A DNA stretch of 64,000 nucleotides from Candidatus Saccharimonadales bacterium. GTDB lineage: Bacteria > Patescibacteriota > Saccharimonadia > QS-5-54-17. The translations under genes and the position numbers were made by a program. Location: positions 29,361-93,360 of the forward strand of contig JBBDUI010000002.1 of the NCBI GenBank assembly GCA_040903985.1, written 5' to 3'. The notes under the pieces are model-generated. The model was not told the DNA's origin. It was given only the letters and a program-made list of their open reading frames with translations, and made no database searches. Positions 49,967 to 60,377 of this stretch are shown piece after piece (within the stretch, counting starts at the first letter, position 1; every line of letters begins with the position of its first letter).

Positions 49967-50051
49967 TAACTCTATTCTACTGCTAAATGTGAAAAATAAA
50001 CAAAAAGGACATAATTTGCATCGTTCGAAAATGCTCGCTACACTACACCTC

Positions 50052-50381
50052 ATGCGACGTAAAACTCCAGCCAGCCACCCTATCACTATCGCTGTTCTAT
50101 TAGTGGTCATGGTGGGGGCGAGCGTTTTCCTCCTTCAGCAGCCAGATCAGGTCGAGCTGTCTACTAATGAGACGGCCAGTCAGTCTACTGAATCCGACTC
50201 TACCGGCTCAGTTCCTCTCGACATCGACAGCATTGGTGATCTGTCACAAATTGTACCGACCGGTAGTACCTCACCCCAGAGCACCAGCTCAAACCCACAA
50301 CCGACTCAAGGCAGCAGTACCTACGCGCAATTCGAGGGCACCCAGCAAACCGTTCAGCCGCAAGCTAGCACCGCCAACTAG
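50052..50381 (+). CDS. Single-TM protein with S/T/Q-rich tail
   Basis: TM segment then low-complexity tail. Confidence 0.5.
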   Translation: MRRKTPASHPITIAVLLVVMVGASVFLLQQPDQVELSTNETASQSTESDSTGSVPLDIDSIGDLSQIVPTGSTSPQSTSSNPQPTQGSSTYAQFEGTQQTVQPQASTAN

Positions 50382-50394
50382 CGGCACCATTTTC

Positions 50395-50432
50395 GTAATA
50401 AATTTATTTGCGATCGTCAAAAAAGTCGTTAC
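50395..50432 (+). repeat. 38-bp quasi-palindrome, copy A
   Basis: 33/38 identical to the reverse complement of 60411-60448. Confidence 0.8.
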
Positions 50433-50476
50433 AACCTACGCCACCTAGGAGTGAATTGCAGGGGAGAAACGTCTAG

Positions 50477-50503
50477 CTAGCACTCTTGACGGTAGAGTGC
50501 CAG
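50477..50503 (+). promoter_or_regulatory. CIRCE element (HrcA operator)
   Basis: CTAGCACTC-N9-GAGTGCCAG upstream of hsp20. Confidence 0.85.
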
Positions 50504-50550
50504 CTGAGCTAAAATTAAAGTACGTAAGTAACTTATAAGGAGGTACCACT

Positions 50551-51000
50551 ATGGCACTTATTCGTTATAACAACCCCTTTAAAGAGTTGGAAGAGATGCA
50601 AAACCAGCTCAATAAGCTATTTGACGAGTCATTAACTTCAACCGCGAGGTCAGGGCTGACTACACCTACAGCCGATGTCTACATGAACGAGGATGAAGAC
50701 AAGCTCATCGTCGAAGCGCACCTGCCGGGCTATGAGCAAGACGACGTCGAGTTGCAAATCGAGAACGGCGCGCTCATCATCCGGGCCGACCGCCAGGAAC
50801 GAAAGGAGCAGGATGAGAAGCGTAAGTACATCCTGCGAGAAAGCTCCAGCAGCTACTACCGCCGGATCGGTCTGCCGAAAAATGTCGAAGCCGATAAGAT
50901 TATGGCCAACTTCGACAACGGTGTACTAGAAGTGAACGTACCGTTTAAGGAACTACCGAAGCCGCAAACCGTCAAGATTGAAGGAAAAAAGAAGAAGTAG
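50551..51000 (+). CDS. Hsp20/alpha-crystallin small heat-shock protein
   Basis: PTADVY, AHLPG, YYRRIGLP, ANFDNGVLEV. Confidence 0.95.
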   Translation: MALIRYNNPFKELEEMQNQLNKLFDESLTSTARSGLTTPTADVYMNEDEDKLIVEAHLPGYEQDDVELQIENGALIIRADRQERKEQDEKRKYILRESSSSYYRRIGLPKNVEADKIMANFDNGVLEVNVPFKELPKPQTVKIEGKKKK

Positions 51001-51088
51001 TCAGTACCACTAATCATTGCGATCCGCCTCTCGTTTACACACTGCATTTAGTGTTGTATAGTATAGACAATTTAGTGGAGATATACGG

Positions 51089-51487
51089 ATGCATGAAAAA
51101 AACGGCCTGCGATTTACGAGCTGGGACGATGTAAAAGAACACGAGGGTACGGACACTATCGAGCGCATAAGCCCTAACTGCGATCTCGACCGGCCCGATT
51201 TGCCCGATGAGTTACGTGAGGAGATGCAGGCGCTTTATCCGCCCGAAAACTGGGGGCCGCTCTGGGATCTAGAGGAGCGCCGCAGTTTTATGTTTAACCG
51301 CATCATCAGTGTGGCCGCAGAGGGGGAGATCGATGCAAGAACGATTGTAGCTGCATATCGCTCCCGAGATGCGTTGCAAAAACTAAAAGAAGATGCGAAA
51401 ACTCTACTTCGCCGCCAAGCCGCCAGAAATGAATTTCGTCGCCTAAAAATAGCTAGTCGTAGCCTCGAGACGGCGGACACAGCCTAG
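51089..51487 (+). CDS. Hypothetical protein
   Basis: 132-aa ORF with GGAG RBS. Confidence 0.55.
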   Translation: MHEKNGLRFTSWDDVKEHEGTDTIERISPNCDLDRPDLPDELREEMQALYPPENWGPLWDLEERRSFMFNRIISVAAEGEIDARTIVAAYRSRDALQKLKEDAKTLLRRQAARNEFRRLKIASRSLETADTA

Positions 51488-51533
51488 TTAAGATCTGGCT
51501 ACACCAAACGCTATATTCTTGTACCATAGAGGT

Positions 51534-52115
51534 ATGAGTTTGTATCAATCCTTAACTCAACTACCGACCGCCCAGGCGGCTCAACTCCTGCTAGGACAGA
51601 CGCTCGTACGTAGCCAGGGCACTACGGTGCTGGCCGCGCGAATCGTCGAGACTGAGGCCTATCATCAATCAGATCCGGCCGCCCACACTTTCCACGGTCC
51701 TAGTAAGCGCAACCAAACGATGTTCGGTCCGGCTGGACACGCCTACGGTATGCACCACTGTCTTAACGTCACTGCCGGCGAAGCAGGGGAGGGGGCTGGG
51801 GTGTTAATCCGAGCCATCGAACCGCTAGAGGGACTTGAAGCTATGGCTCGAAATCGTAAACTGCCCCGTGTAGTGCTAGATACTGCTGACGGCATCCGTC
51901 AGCTCGGCAGTGGGCCGGGTAAGCTAGCTCAAGCTCTCGGTATCACTCTCGAACTAAACGGCCACGACCTAACCCGACCGCCCCTGCAGCTCATTGAGAC
52001 GGGTACGGTAACCCCGACAAGCATCGTCACTACCACCCGCATCGGCATCACTAAAGCGGCCAGTGAACCACTACGATTCTATATTAAGGACAGTTCGTTT
52101 ATCTCGCGTCCTTAG
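51534..52115 (+). CDS. 3-methyladenine DNA glycosylase (AAG/MPG family)
   Basis: RIVETEAY, MFGPAGHAY, VLIRAIEP, GPGKL, RIGI; ATG 51534. Confidence 0.9.
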   Translation: MSLYQSLTQLPTAQAAQLLLGQTLVRSQGTTVLAARIVETEAYHQSDPAAHTFHGPSKRNQTMFGPAGHAYGMHHCLNVTAGEAGEGAGVLIRAIEPLEGLEAMARNRKLPRVVLDTADGIRQLGSGPGKLAQALGITLELNGHDLTRPPLQLIETGTVTPTSIVTTTRIGITKAASEPLRFYIKDSSFISRP

Positions 52116-54532
52116 TAACGGTCGGCTTGCTTCCGGCTGGAGTAAAAGTAGTAGGCGAAACTCATGATGAGTAGCAAGATTAACAGCCACCACCATAGGC
52201 TCATATCGCTGTCTGCTACCAGATCGACTTCAGCTTCTGTCTCGTTCTCATCCGTAGCCTGGAGTACTTCACCGTCGTCCTGACTCTGTGCAATTATATC
52301 GTTATCGTCCTGTGCACCTAATACTTCACCTTCAGAGTCAGCTGTAACACCAGTGTTGGTACTAGTTTGCTGAGCTGGCTCTTCTGTGTCGGTATCGTCA
52401 TCATCTTCCACTGCCGGATCTGCACTTAGGGCTGCGAAAGTGGTGAAATGCCATGTCAGGATCTCGGTATTGCCATCGACAATCTCATAACATTCACCAT
52501 ACGCCAAAGGATTAACACCATTACACTTAGAGATCATCTCCCATCCACCATCAACTGCGTAGCCCACATTGTTTGCTTCCACGCCTTCGAGAACGACAGT
52601 AACTATCTTGTCGAATATCAATGTTGCACTATCAGAGCCGACTTTTAAGGCCGTACCGTTAAACGTAAAGCCGCTCGGAGCAGCTACATTAGTATCTGCG
52701 CGAGGTGGAGATAGTTCTCCGTTCCAGCTAGATGGGGCCGATATAGTTGTATCATCTGGTATCGTTACGAGTACATTCGACACTGTAGATGCACTACTTC
52801 TAATCTCAATTGGCACAGAGCCTAAGGAGTTTAATTGTACCCGCCGCTCAACGACTATATCTACCCCGTTAACACTAAGTGTATCGGCAGGTCCATCCAC
52901 TACCTGGCTACTTAAATCGAGCGAGGTATTGTCACTAAATGCTATGTGGTTAATATCACTCGGTAAATCAGCATTACCTGGTGTAGTACCGCCAGGCGTA
53001 GGTGATCCTGATCCAACTACTATAGTATCGTTTGAGTCAGTTGTACTCTCGCTAGCCTCCTCGATCGTAGTGAAGATTGTGCAATATTTAACTGTAGCTG
53101 CAGTACATGTTCCGTTGCCACCCTGAATGTAGATTGCTTTATTGAAAGTATTGTCAGCTATAAGAGCCGATACATGGAAATCTGAACCATCTATAATTGG
53201 TTCATAGTCTGCGCTCGTGTAAGCTTTAGCGGCTATCCCGCCCGAAGCGATGTTAAATTCATTGTCAACGATGTTGTTGTCGACAACTACCCAAGAGGTA
53301 GAGCCGACACCAAGACCTTCATCTGTAGCAGTCACATCATTATCACTAACAGTATTACCACTGTTCTGTAGGCTTATACCATGTCTAGCATCTATATCAT
53401 TTCCTGAAATTAGAGCACTACCTACGGAATATTGAGTGGTGGTCTGAATACCCGTCAAAGTGTTAACGATGCGGTTAGACTCAACCGTTACTCCTATACC
53501 TGATACAGAGACACCTACATTAGAACCAACTGCAGTACTTTCGATTCTGAATCCCCGCAAAGTAGTACCATCGGCGCGTAGATCAACTAGACGCCCAGTA
53601 TTACCTATAATTGTCGGGCTTAAGCTGGTAACAGCCTCGATTGTTAGCCCTGAATTACCACCAAAAGAAGTGCCAACTGGAGCATAAGTACCGGCACCAA
53701 CTCTAACAGTTGAATCTGCAGGTGCTAAGTTAACTACATCTTGAAGAGTATCACCGTCATGAACTAAAAACGCACCATCTGCAGCGAACTTAAGTAAGGG
53801 ACTATTGCGATAGTCACCAATCGCCCACTGAGTGTCTTCTTCAAACTCGAAACTATTAGAGTTAAGTAAGCTCGTCAAGTCTCCGCCACTAAGTAATGTA
53901 ACGTCAACACCTAGACCAATACCTTCATTGTTATTAATAAAGGTATTGCTGGAAATTAGCAGTCCTTCAACTCCATCAGTACTACCTATACCTGCTTCAT
54001 TATCGATGAAGACGTTACCGACAATCGATACATTAGTAGGAGCTGTACCAGCAAACTGCAGAGAAACTCCAGTATTAAATCCGGCAATTGTGTTGTTACT
54101 AATAGTCAAACCGTCACTTCGCGCCGAGCCGATACCACGATCGATTACGTCTGAGCTGCCAACTATCTCAAAGCCGTCGATGGTTACATTATTTGCATCA
54201 AATACACGAATTTCCCCCTCGATAATAGCATCGCCTTCAGTTAACGATTCTAAAGTTAGGCCATTCTGGTTGATTAGAATATCCTCGTCATAGTTACCAG
54301 CTTCTACGCACACTGCTCTATCATCTGTGGTAACAGCGTCAATAGCAGCTTGGATAGTCTCGTAATCTTGTCCTCCACCAACTCTGATATCACAGTGATC
54401 GGTAGCCGATACAGACACTGGCACAAGAGCGAGAGTACTCGCAAACACTAGAGAAGCGACCGCTAGTGTGTGGATCGCCTTAGTTAAACTTTTAATCTTT
54501 CGCTCTACCCACCCTGGTATAGCGTTGCCCAT
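52112..54532 (-). CDS. Surface protein with parallel beta-helix repeats and C-terminal membrane anchor
   Basis: Signal-like N-terminus, TIQAAIDA, ISNN/IVGN repeats, HFTTFA, EVLGA linker, C-terminal TM plus basic tail. Confidence 0.8.
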   Translation of the reverse strand: MGNAIPGWVERKIKSLTKAIHTLAVASLVFASTLALVPVSVSATDHCDIRVGGGQDYETIQAAIDAVTTDDRAVCVEAGNYDEDILINQNGLTLESLTEGDAIIEGEIRVFDANNVTIDGFEIVGSSDVIDRGIGSARSDGLTISNNTIAGFNTGVSLQFAGTAPTNVSIVGNVFIDNEAGIGSTDGVEGLLISSNTFINNNEGIGLGVDVTLLSGGDLTSLLNSNSFEFEEDTQWAIGDYRNSPLLKFAADGAFLVHDGDTLQDVVNLAPADSTVRVGAGTYAPVGTSFGGNSGLTIEAVTSLSPTIIGNTGRLVDLRADGTTLRGFRIESTAVGSNVGVSVSGIGVTVESNRIVNTLTGIQTTTQYSVGSALISGNDIDARHGISLQNSGNTVSDNDVTATDEGLGVGSTSWVVVDNNIVDNEFNIASGGIAAKAYTSADYEPIIDGSDFHVSALIADNTFNKAIYIQGGNGTCTAATVKYCTIFTTIEEASESTTDSNDTIVVGSGSPTPGGTTPGNADLPSDINHIAFSDNTSLDLSSQVVDGPADTLSVNGVDIVVERRVQLNSLGSVPIEIRSSASTVSNVLVTIPDDTTISAPSSWNGELSPPRADTNVAAPSGFTFNGTALKVGSDSATLIFDKIVTVVLEGVEANNVGYAVDGGWEMISKCNGVNPLAYGECYEIVDGNTEILTWHFTTFAALSADPAVEDDDDTDTEEPAQQTSTNTGVTADSEGEVLGAQDDNDIIAQSQDDGEVLQATDENETEAEVDLVADSDMSLWWWLLILLLIMSFAYYFYSSRKQADRY

Positions 54533-54746
54533 TACGAACTCCTTTTAAGTTTATAGATCTATAAATATGGTGTCGTGGGTTCGCTACTAGCTCGATGTAT
54601 TTCAAGCGACCAGGTGAAAAATACACTTCAACGCTGACTTTTTGCCTGTTTTAACTGTTTTTATTGTAGTTATCCTAATCACGGCAGAATAGAAAATAAC
54701 AAGCATGAACATTATCTAGAAATATTTCAAATAAACCACATCCGAG

Positions 54747-56015
54747 CTACTTCTTATCTAACACCGTAATAGTAGCTTCTTCGAGTACTTCGAGCAGCTT
54801 CTGCGCCTGAGCGGCGGCAGTGTAATGCGCGACTATCCGGCGGCTCTCCGCACCCATCGTTTTACTTAGCACCGGATTAGATATAATGTCGGCCACCTTT
54901 TGCGCAAAATCGTCCACGTCATTGTGAGCAAAATAGCCATTCACGCCATCCTGCAACACTTCGGTCACTTCGGGATCACAAATCACTAACGGCAAACCGA
55001 GCTGAGTCGCTTCATGTAGTACTAGGCCCTGTGTATCGGTCAGAGAAGGAAAGACGAAGACGTCGCCACTGGCATAAGCGGCGCCAAGCTCTGACCGTGC
55101 TATCTTACCGGTGAATATGATGTCTTGCGCGTGAGTCTGCTCGGCGGCTAACTCTTTGAGCAAGGGTACGTGCTGATTACTGTCTCCGACCAGGATCAGT
55201 TTAGCCTCCGGCACTCGCAGCTTAATCTGGTCGAACGCCCGAATTGCCAACTCTAGGTTCTTCTCACTGCCTAGACGGCCGACATTTAATATTATTTTAT
55301 CTTTCGCACCTAACCCCCAGCGTTTCCGAAACTTATCGATTGCAGCCTGATCAGTACCAAGCGGAGTGATACCGGTCGGGATGACGTGAATCGGGGCAGT
55401 AGTCTTCCAAGCGCGCAGCTGAGCGGCTACCTTGCGTGAGGGAGATACAACTGCCTGACAGCGGTTATGCAGTACGGTTAGCATCTCAGCCACTAATTTC
55501 TGCGTCCAGTGCTCTGTCTCATCACGCTGGGAGAGTGAGGTTAGAAGTTTACGCAGTTCCGGAGCTTTAGCCCCTAAAGTAAGTGGAGAGCCCATCACCT
55601 GGGCAATCACAGCCGGCACCACCCGTGGGTAGTGCCGAATATATTCATATAAATCGGTACAGTACATTGCCACTAAGGGCGTATCATTCTTCAGTGCAGC
55701 ATATACACCTAGCATGCCAATCTGCCCTGGAGTAGTAAACTCAATCACATCGAGCTGGAGCTCGCGAATTCGCTTGACCTGCTTGGGCGGGAAGAAGAAG
55801 CTAGTCATCTGGTCCTCGAAAAAAACGTCTTTTATAGCCGGTATGCGCAAGATGCGACTTGCTTCGTCATAGACTACTCGTTTTATCTTAATGCCCGGGG
55901 CTACTACGAACACTTCGTGTCCCAGCGCCTCCAGCTCACGCTTCGTCTCATCGACTACAAAAGTGATGCCGTTAATGGTCGGGTGGTAGGTGTCAGTAAA
56001 GATGCCGATGCGCAT
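54747..56015 (-). CDS. GT4 glycosyltransferase (diacylglycerol glucosyltransferase-like)
   Basis: MRIGIFTDTYHPTING, VGRLGSEKN, DTQGLVLHEA. Confidence 0.88.
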   Translation of the reverse strand: MRIGIFTDTYHPTINGITFVVDETKRELEALGHEVFVVAPGIKIKRVVYDEASRILRIPAIKDVFFEDQMTSFFFPPKQVKRIRELQLDVIEFTTPGQIGMLGVYAALKNDTPLVAMYCTDLYEYIRHYPRVVPAVIAQVMGSPLTLGAKAPELRKLLTSLSQRDETEHWTQKLVAEMLTVLHNRCQAVVSPSRKVAAQLRAWKTTAPIHVIPTGITPLGTDQAAIDKFRKRWGLGAKDKIILNVGRLGSEKNLELAIRAFDQIKLRVPEAKLILVGDSNQHVPLLKELAAEQTHAQDIIFTGKIARSELGAAYASGDVFVFPSLTDTQGLVLHEATQLGLPLVICDPEVTEVLQDGVNGYFAHNDVDDFAQKVADIISNPVLSKTMGAESRRIVAHYTAAAQAQKLLEVLEEATITVLDKK

Positions 56016-57181
56016 TATTGGATTACCAGCTTTTGATAAATCGCTACATAGGCGTTCAGCATGATCTCGTGCGAGTGTTCGCGCTCCACAATCTGGCGAG
56101 AAGCCGCCCCGTAGCTTTTTAGGCGCTGCGGGTTACCTAGTAGATCGATCACCTGGGAAGCTATAACCCTCGGCTCTAGATCTGCCAGCAGGATACCGTT
56201 CTCACCCGGGCGAGCTAATTCGCGTAAGGCAGCAATGTCGGCTGCTATCACAGGTAGGCCGCAAGCCATCGCCTCTAGTGTCACGATACTTTGCAGCTCT
56301 GCCGGAGAGGTGATGATAAAGCTATCAGCCGCATTATATAGGGCCGCCTTATCTGCTTCCGCCACAAAACCTGTGAAAGTTATATCCTCACTTAAGCCTA
56401 GCTCTGCCGTTTGTCTCTGCAAACTATCGGCGGCCTTACCCCGGCCGGCTATAACTAAGTGGGCGGGAGTCTGCTTAATTATATGAGCCATAGCCTCGAT
56501 TAAGACATCTAGTCGCTTCTCGCCGTCCACTCGTCCTAAGTAGAGTAAGAGCGGCCGATCCTGAGGCAGGCTAAACTCTTTTACTACCTTGGCGGTATCG
56601 ATTCCCGACCGGAAAGTCTCCGCATCGACGCCATTCGTCACCGCTTGGGCGGCTTGATCGAGGCCATGCCGCTGCAGTAGAGCGACGGCGGTCGGAGTAG
56701 GGGAGGTGACGAAATCGGCCTTATTATGAAACCACACCAGATAACGCCAACAGAGACGAGAAAACGACTCTTTAAATAGTTTCAGCAGAGTTAAGTTTAG
56801 ATAGGCGTTTTCCGGCATGAAGTGATTAGTAGCTACTACCGGAATCTTATACCGACGCGCCCAGAAAAGCGCCGACCAGCCGATGAAGCTAGCCATGTGA
56901 ATGTGGATAACATCCGGTTGGGTCTGTTTGATGATCTCTCGACCGTGCCAAAACGGCCAGTAGCTGACACGATAGCCTCGGTTAGCAAAAAAAGTGAGAG
57001 ACTTCTCGCGGTAGATGGTATAGTCACCGTCCTGTTCAGTATACGAACTCAGCTTACTACCCGGTGCCCACACACTAGTAGATAGACCGCGACGGTTTAA
57101 ATCCTGGACTAGGCGTCGCTCGAACAGGGCGCCACCATCGTAATTCGGCCAGTAACTTTCACTTACGAGTAGAATTTTCAT
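56015..57181 (-). CDS. GT4 glycosyltransferase
   Basis: TNHFMPEN, LGRVDGEK, ELQSIVTLEAMACG. Confidence 0.88.
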   Translation of the reverse strand: MKILLVSESYWPNYDGGALFERRLVQDLNRRGLSTSVWAPGSKLSSYTEQDGDYTIYREKSLTFFANRGYRVSYWPFWHGREIIKQTQPDVIHIHMASFIGWSALFWARRYKIPVVATNHFMPENAYLNLTLLKLFKESFSRLCWRYLVWFHNKADFVTSPTPTAVALLQRHGLDQAAQAVTNGVDAETFRSGIDTAKVVKEFSLPQDRPLLLYLGRVDGEKRLDVLIEAMAHIIKQTPAHLVIAGRGKAADSLQRQTAELGLSEDITFTGFVAEADKAALYNAADSFIITSPAELQSIVTLEAMACGLPVIAADIAALRELARPGENGILLADLEPRVIASQVIDLLGNPQRLKSYGAASRQIVEREHSHEIMLNAYVAIYQKLVIQ

Positions 57182-57315
57182 GCAGTAAACAGTATACCAG
57201 TAGCGACGAACCGTGTATAAGGGGCTTTGCCCTATTGCAATATTACCTATATTATTGTATTATAGTGTCAATTTCACGGCCATTCGGCGGTGGGAAAGTT
57301 CTTCGACAGATAGGA

Positions 57316-57932
57316 TGATCAGGATGCGTAGATTCGTAATCGGTCAGAGCGTGATCGCTCTGATAGCTGTCTTCGTACTTCCACTCGCGTACCAGTTCGG
57401 ACCAGTAGTCGCCTTCGGGGTGGCGCTGGGAATCAGCTGGATTCCGATGCAGCTGATCGCGCGTCTCTTCGAGCACCGTTCGCTCTGGCCGCCTCGCAGC
57501 CAGTACCGTTCGTTCTTCTGGGGAGATCTGCTACTGCTGCCCGGAATAGCCGCCTGTATCGCGCTAGCGGTCAATCGGTTACCGGCAGGCGATCACTGGT
57601 TTCACCAGAGATGGTGGAACTTGTTCTCCCTGCTGGTTGGGGTGATTGCCGGACTGATCTTTCACGAGGCCGATCGTGACAACTACAGCTCGAGGGAGCT
57701 TAACTCTCCAACCAAGCTGTGGCACGACTGGTTCGTCTACCCGGTATTCACCTACTACTTGCTCAGCCGCGCTCCGGCGCTGTTCGAGCGAGTCAATGGC
57801 ATCACCGTGTTGGCGATCGCCCTCTTGGCCGGCTGGCTCTATCTCGGGCTCACTGACGGCAAGCGCGACTACCCCTATGCCCACGTCGGGTATCACTGGG
57901 GTGACCGGACGCCGTCCATTTCCACCTTCTAG
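57316..57932 (+). CDS. GC-rich membrane protein
   Basis: Multiple TMs; SFFWGDL, SPTKLWHDW; start uncertain (about 57315-57324). Confidence 0.6.
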
Positions 57933-57949
57933 ATCATCCTCTCGCTCAC

Positions 57950-57999
57950 CGGAGCGCTCGTCACTGCAGTCTGACTGCGGCTGACGGGCGCTCCGTTTT
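57950..57999 (+). terminator. Long GC-rich terminator hairpin
   Basis: CGGAGCGCTCGTCA...TGACGGGCGCTCCG followed by TTTT. Confidence 0.75.
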
Positions 58000-58011
58000 C
58001 ATTTAAGCGGA

Positions 58012-59289
58012 CTAATTTTTCCGAATTATATCGCGATAGACGTAGGCACTGGTGCGAATGGTGCGTTTCTGATCCTGACGATCTACTTGCACTAATCCAA
58101 AACGAGGCCAGTAACCGGTCGACCACTCATAGTTATCTAGCAACGACCAGTAGAAATAACCCCGGATATCGGCTCCATCTGCCATCGAGCGCTGCATGGC
58201 CGCTACATGGCGAGTAATAAAATCGGCTCGGCGTTTATCCTCGGCATCGGCGATGCCGTTCTCCGTTATATACATCGGTAGGCCGTAGCGCTTTAGTTTC
58301 TGGGTAATCTTATACAGCCCTTCGGGGTAGATCTCCCAGCCAAAATCACTCCGTTGCTCGGCCGGAGCCGGCACCTCCCACTGACGCAGACGGGCTACTC
58401 GCGCGCGAAAATGAGCCCGAGTATAGTACTGTACACCTAGAAAATCTTGGGCACCTTTGGTATGACGAAACTTACCGCTACCACCGTTATAGTCCAGCGC
58501 CCAGGCTACCGGCTTGAGCCACCAGTTGCCAGCTTCAAACAGAACGATGCTGTGCGTAAAGCCGATCTGGGCTAGCGGCCGCTGCCGTTTCATTACCCTA
58601 TAAGCCGCCTTATGGGCTGCCACGAAACGGCGCCGTGCCAGTAGATACTTCAGAAAACTCTTCTCCTGATGCGGCCAGCCGGGCCAAAGAGGAGAGCCTA
58701 AGTAGCGGGAGATGAGATAGCTCTCTGGTTCATTAAAGGTAGCCCAGAATTCAACTAAATCGCCTAGTTCCGTGCTCACATATCTTGCATAGCGCGCAAA
58801 CAGCTCTGGGAACTCTCGACCATGCCAGCCCCCGGCCGCTTCCAGCCAGGTCGGATCGCTGAAGTGGTGCAGGCTAACGAACGGTGTAATGCCGGCCTCG
58901 TGTAGGGCAAGCAGTACCTGACGGTAGTGCTCAACTGCCGCCTTATCAAACTTGCCTGGTTTCGGCTCAATACGCGACCACTCGATCGAGAAACGAAAGC
59001 TGTTTAACTCAAGCTCCTGCATCAACGCAATATCCTCGGGGTAGCGGCGGAAGTGATCGCAAGCCAAACCATTTATATAGTTAGACCTCTCCTCAGCCTG
59101 TGTCTTCACTTTGGGCCAAGCCGGTATATCACCATAGCGGCTCTCGGCCGTCGCCATCCAATCCTCGATGTGATCTTTTTCCCATTCGGTCCAGTTGTTG
59201 CGTTGATGGCCCTCGATCTGATGGGCAGCCGTTGCGGCACCCCAGAGAAAATCTCGCGACTGAGAGTCTGCTGTATTCATATGTCTCAC
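58012..59289 (-). CDS. Glycoside hydrolase family 1
   Basis: FLWGAATAAHQIEG, TFNEP, ITENG, WSLLDNYEW. Confidence 0.95.
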   Translation of the reverse strand: MRHMNTADSQSRDFLWGAATAAHQIEGHQRNNWTEWEKDHIEDWMATAESRYGDIPAWPKVKTQAEERSNYINGLACDHFRRYPEDIALMQELELNSFRFSIEWSRIEPKPGKFDKAAVEHYRQVLLALHEAGITPFVSLHHFSDPTWLEAAGGWHGREFPELFARYARYVSTELGDLVEFWATFNEPESYLISRYLGSPLWPGWPHQEKSFLKYLLARRRFVAAHKAAYRVMKRQRPLAQIGFTHSIVLFEAGNWWLKPVAWALDYNGGSGKFRHTKGAQDFLGVQYYTRAHFRARVARLRQWEVPAPAEQRSDFGWEIYPEGLYKITQKLKRYGLPMYITENGIADAEDKRRADFITRHVAAMQRSMADGADIRGYFYWSLLDNYEWSTGYWPRFGLVQVDRQDQKRTIRTSAYVYRDIIRKN

Positions 59290-59354
59290 TATAGATATGT
59301 TTCAGTATCAGCACAATTGAATCCGATACCGTATATAACGTATATAATGATCTC

Positions 59355-60377
59355 ATGAAGCTTTCCCGTTCTACCTCTCGCCGCCTACTCTATAGCTGTG
59401 GCGCACTCTCGCTGAGTCTCGGTATAGCTTTTCTAGTCGTACGCTTCATCCCTCACTCGACTCCAGAGTATGGCGTCACCTTCAGTGCGAAATATGCCGA
59501 AGAGCTAGGTCTCGACCCGAACGAGACCCTAGAAGCTATTCTGAGTGAGCTAAAACCAGCCCATGTACGTCTGATGAGCTACTGGGACCGACACGAACGT
59601 GACCGTGACCGTTACGACTTCACTGAACTGGATCAACAATTCGATCTAGCCGAACGCTACGAGGTAGAGGTGCTGCTCGCCATTGGTCAAAGACAGCCAC
59701 GTTGGCCGGAGTGTCATGTACCCGAGTGGGCCAAACAACTATCAAACACTGAGTATGAAATGGCTCTGCTCAAATATCTCCACACTGTGACTGATCGTTA
59801 CGCTGACCAGCCAAGGCTAGAGGGGTACCATTTGGAAAACGAGGCTGCTAACGCTAGCTTCGGTCGGTGCCCTCCTTTCAATAACGGATTGCTGCGACAA
59901 GAATACGCGACGGTAACGGCTGCTGATCCGGATACACCCATCACTATTAGTGTCAGTAATCAATACGGTATACCACTACAGCCACCGCTCGCCGACGAGT
60001 ATGCCATGTCAATCTATCGCCAAGCATACTTCGAATTGGGGGGAAGACAGATCTATTGGAACTATTCATTCGTCCCAGCCGAATGGCACCGGCTACGCGC
60101 CTGGGCAATCCAGCTCATCCACTGCCGCAAAACCTACATCCACGAGCTACAGACCGAGCCGTGGGGTAGACAGGCTACCGTTAACCTGTCCCTAGCCGAA
60201 CAGGCCGCCAGTATGGACCCGGATAAGCTGCGCGCTAACGTCAACTATGCCGAACGAATCGGCACACCGAAAATCTATCTCTGGGGTGGAGAGTGGTGGT
60301 ACTGGCGTCTCCAGAAATTTGACGACCCGACCCTCTGGCACACTGTCCAAGCCATCTTCAACCAACCTGAAATCTAA
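59355..60377 (+). CDS. Membrane-anchored clan GH-A glycoside hydrolase-like protein
   Basis: N-terminal TM, PRWPECHVP, ENE, ELQTEPW, LWGGEWW. Confidence 0.7.
   Translation: MKLSRSTSRRLLYSCGALSLSLGIAFLVVRFIPHSTPEYGVTFSAKYAEELGLDPNETLEAILSELKPAHVRLMSYWDRHERDRDRYDFTELDQQFDLAERYEVEVLLAIGQRQPRWPECHVPEWAKQLSNTEYEMALLKYLHTVTDRYADQPRLEGYHLENEAANASFGRCPPFNNGLLRQEYATVTAADPDTPITISVSNQYGIPLQPPLADEYAMSIYRQAYFELGGRQIYWNYSFVPAEWHRLRAWAIQLIHCRKTYIHELQTEPWGRQATVNLSLAEQAASMDPDKLRANVNYAERIGTPKIYLWGGEWWYWRLQKFDDPTLWHTVQAIFNQPEI

Noticed and set aside
52448-54293. Several long plus-strand ORFs opposite the beta-helix gene
   Set aside because: Antisense shadows caused by codon bias; no protein motifs.
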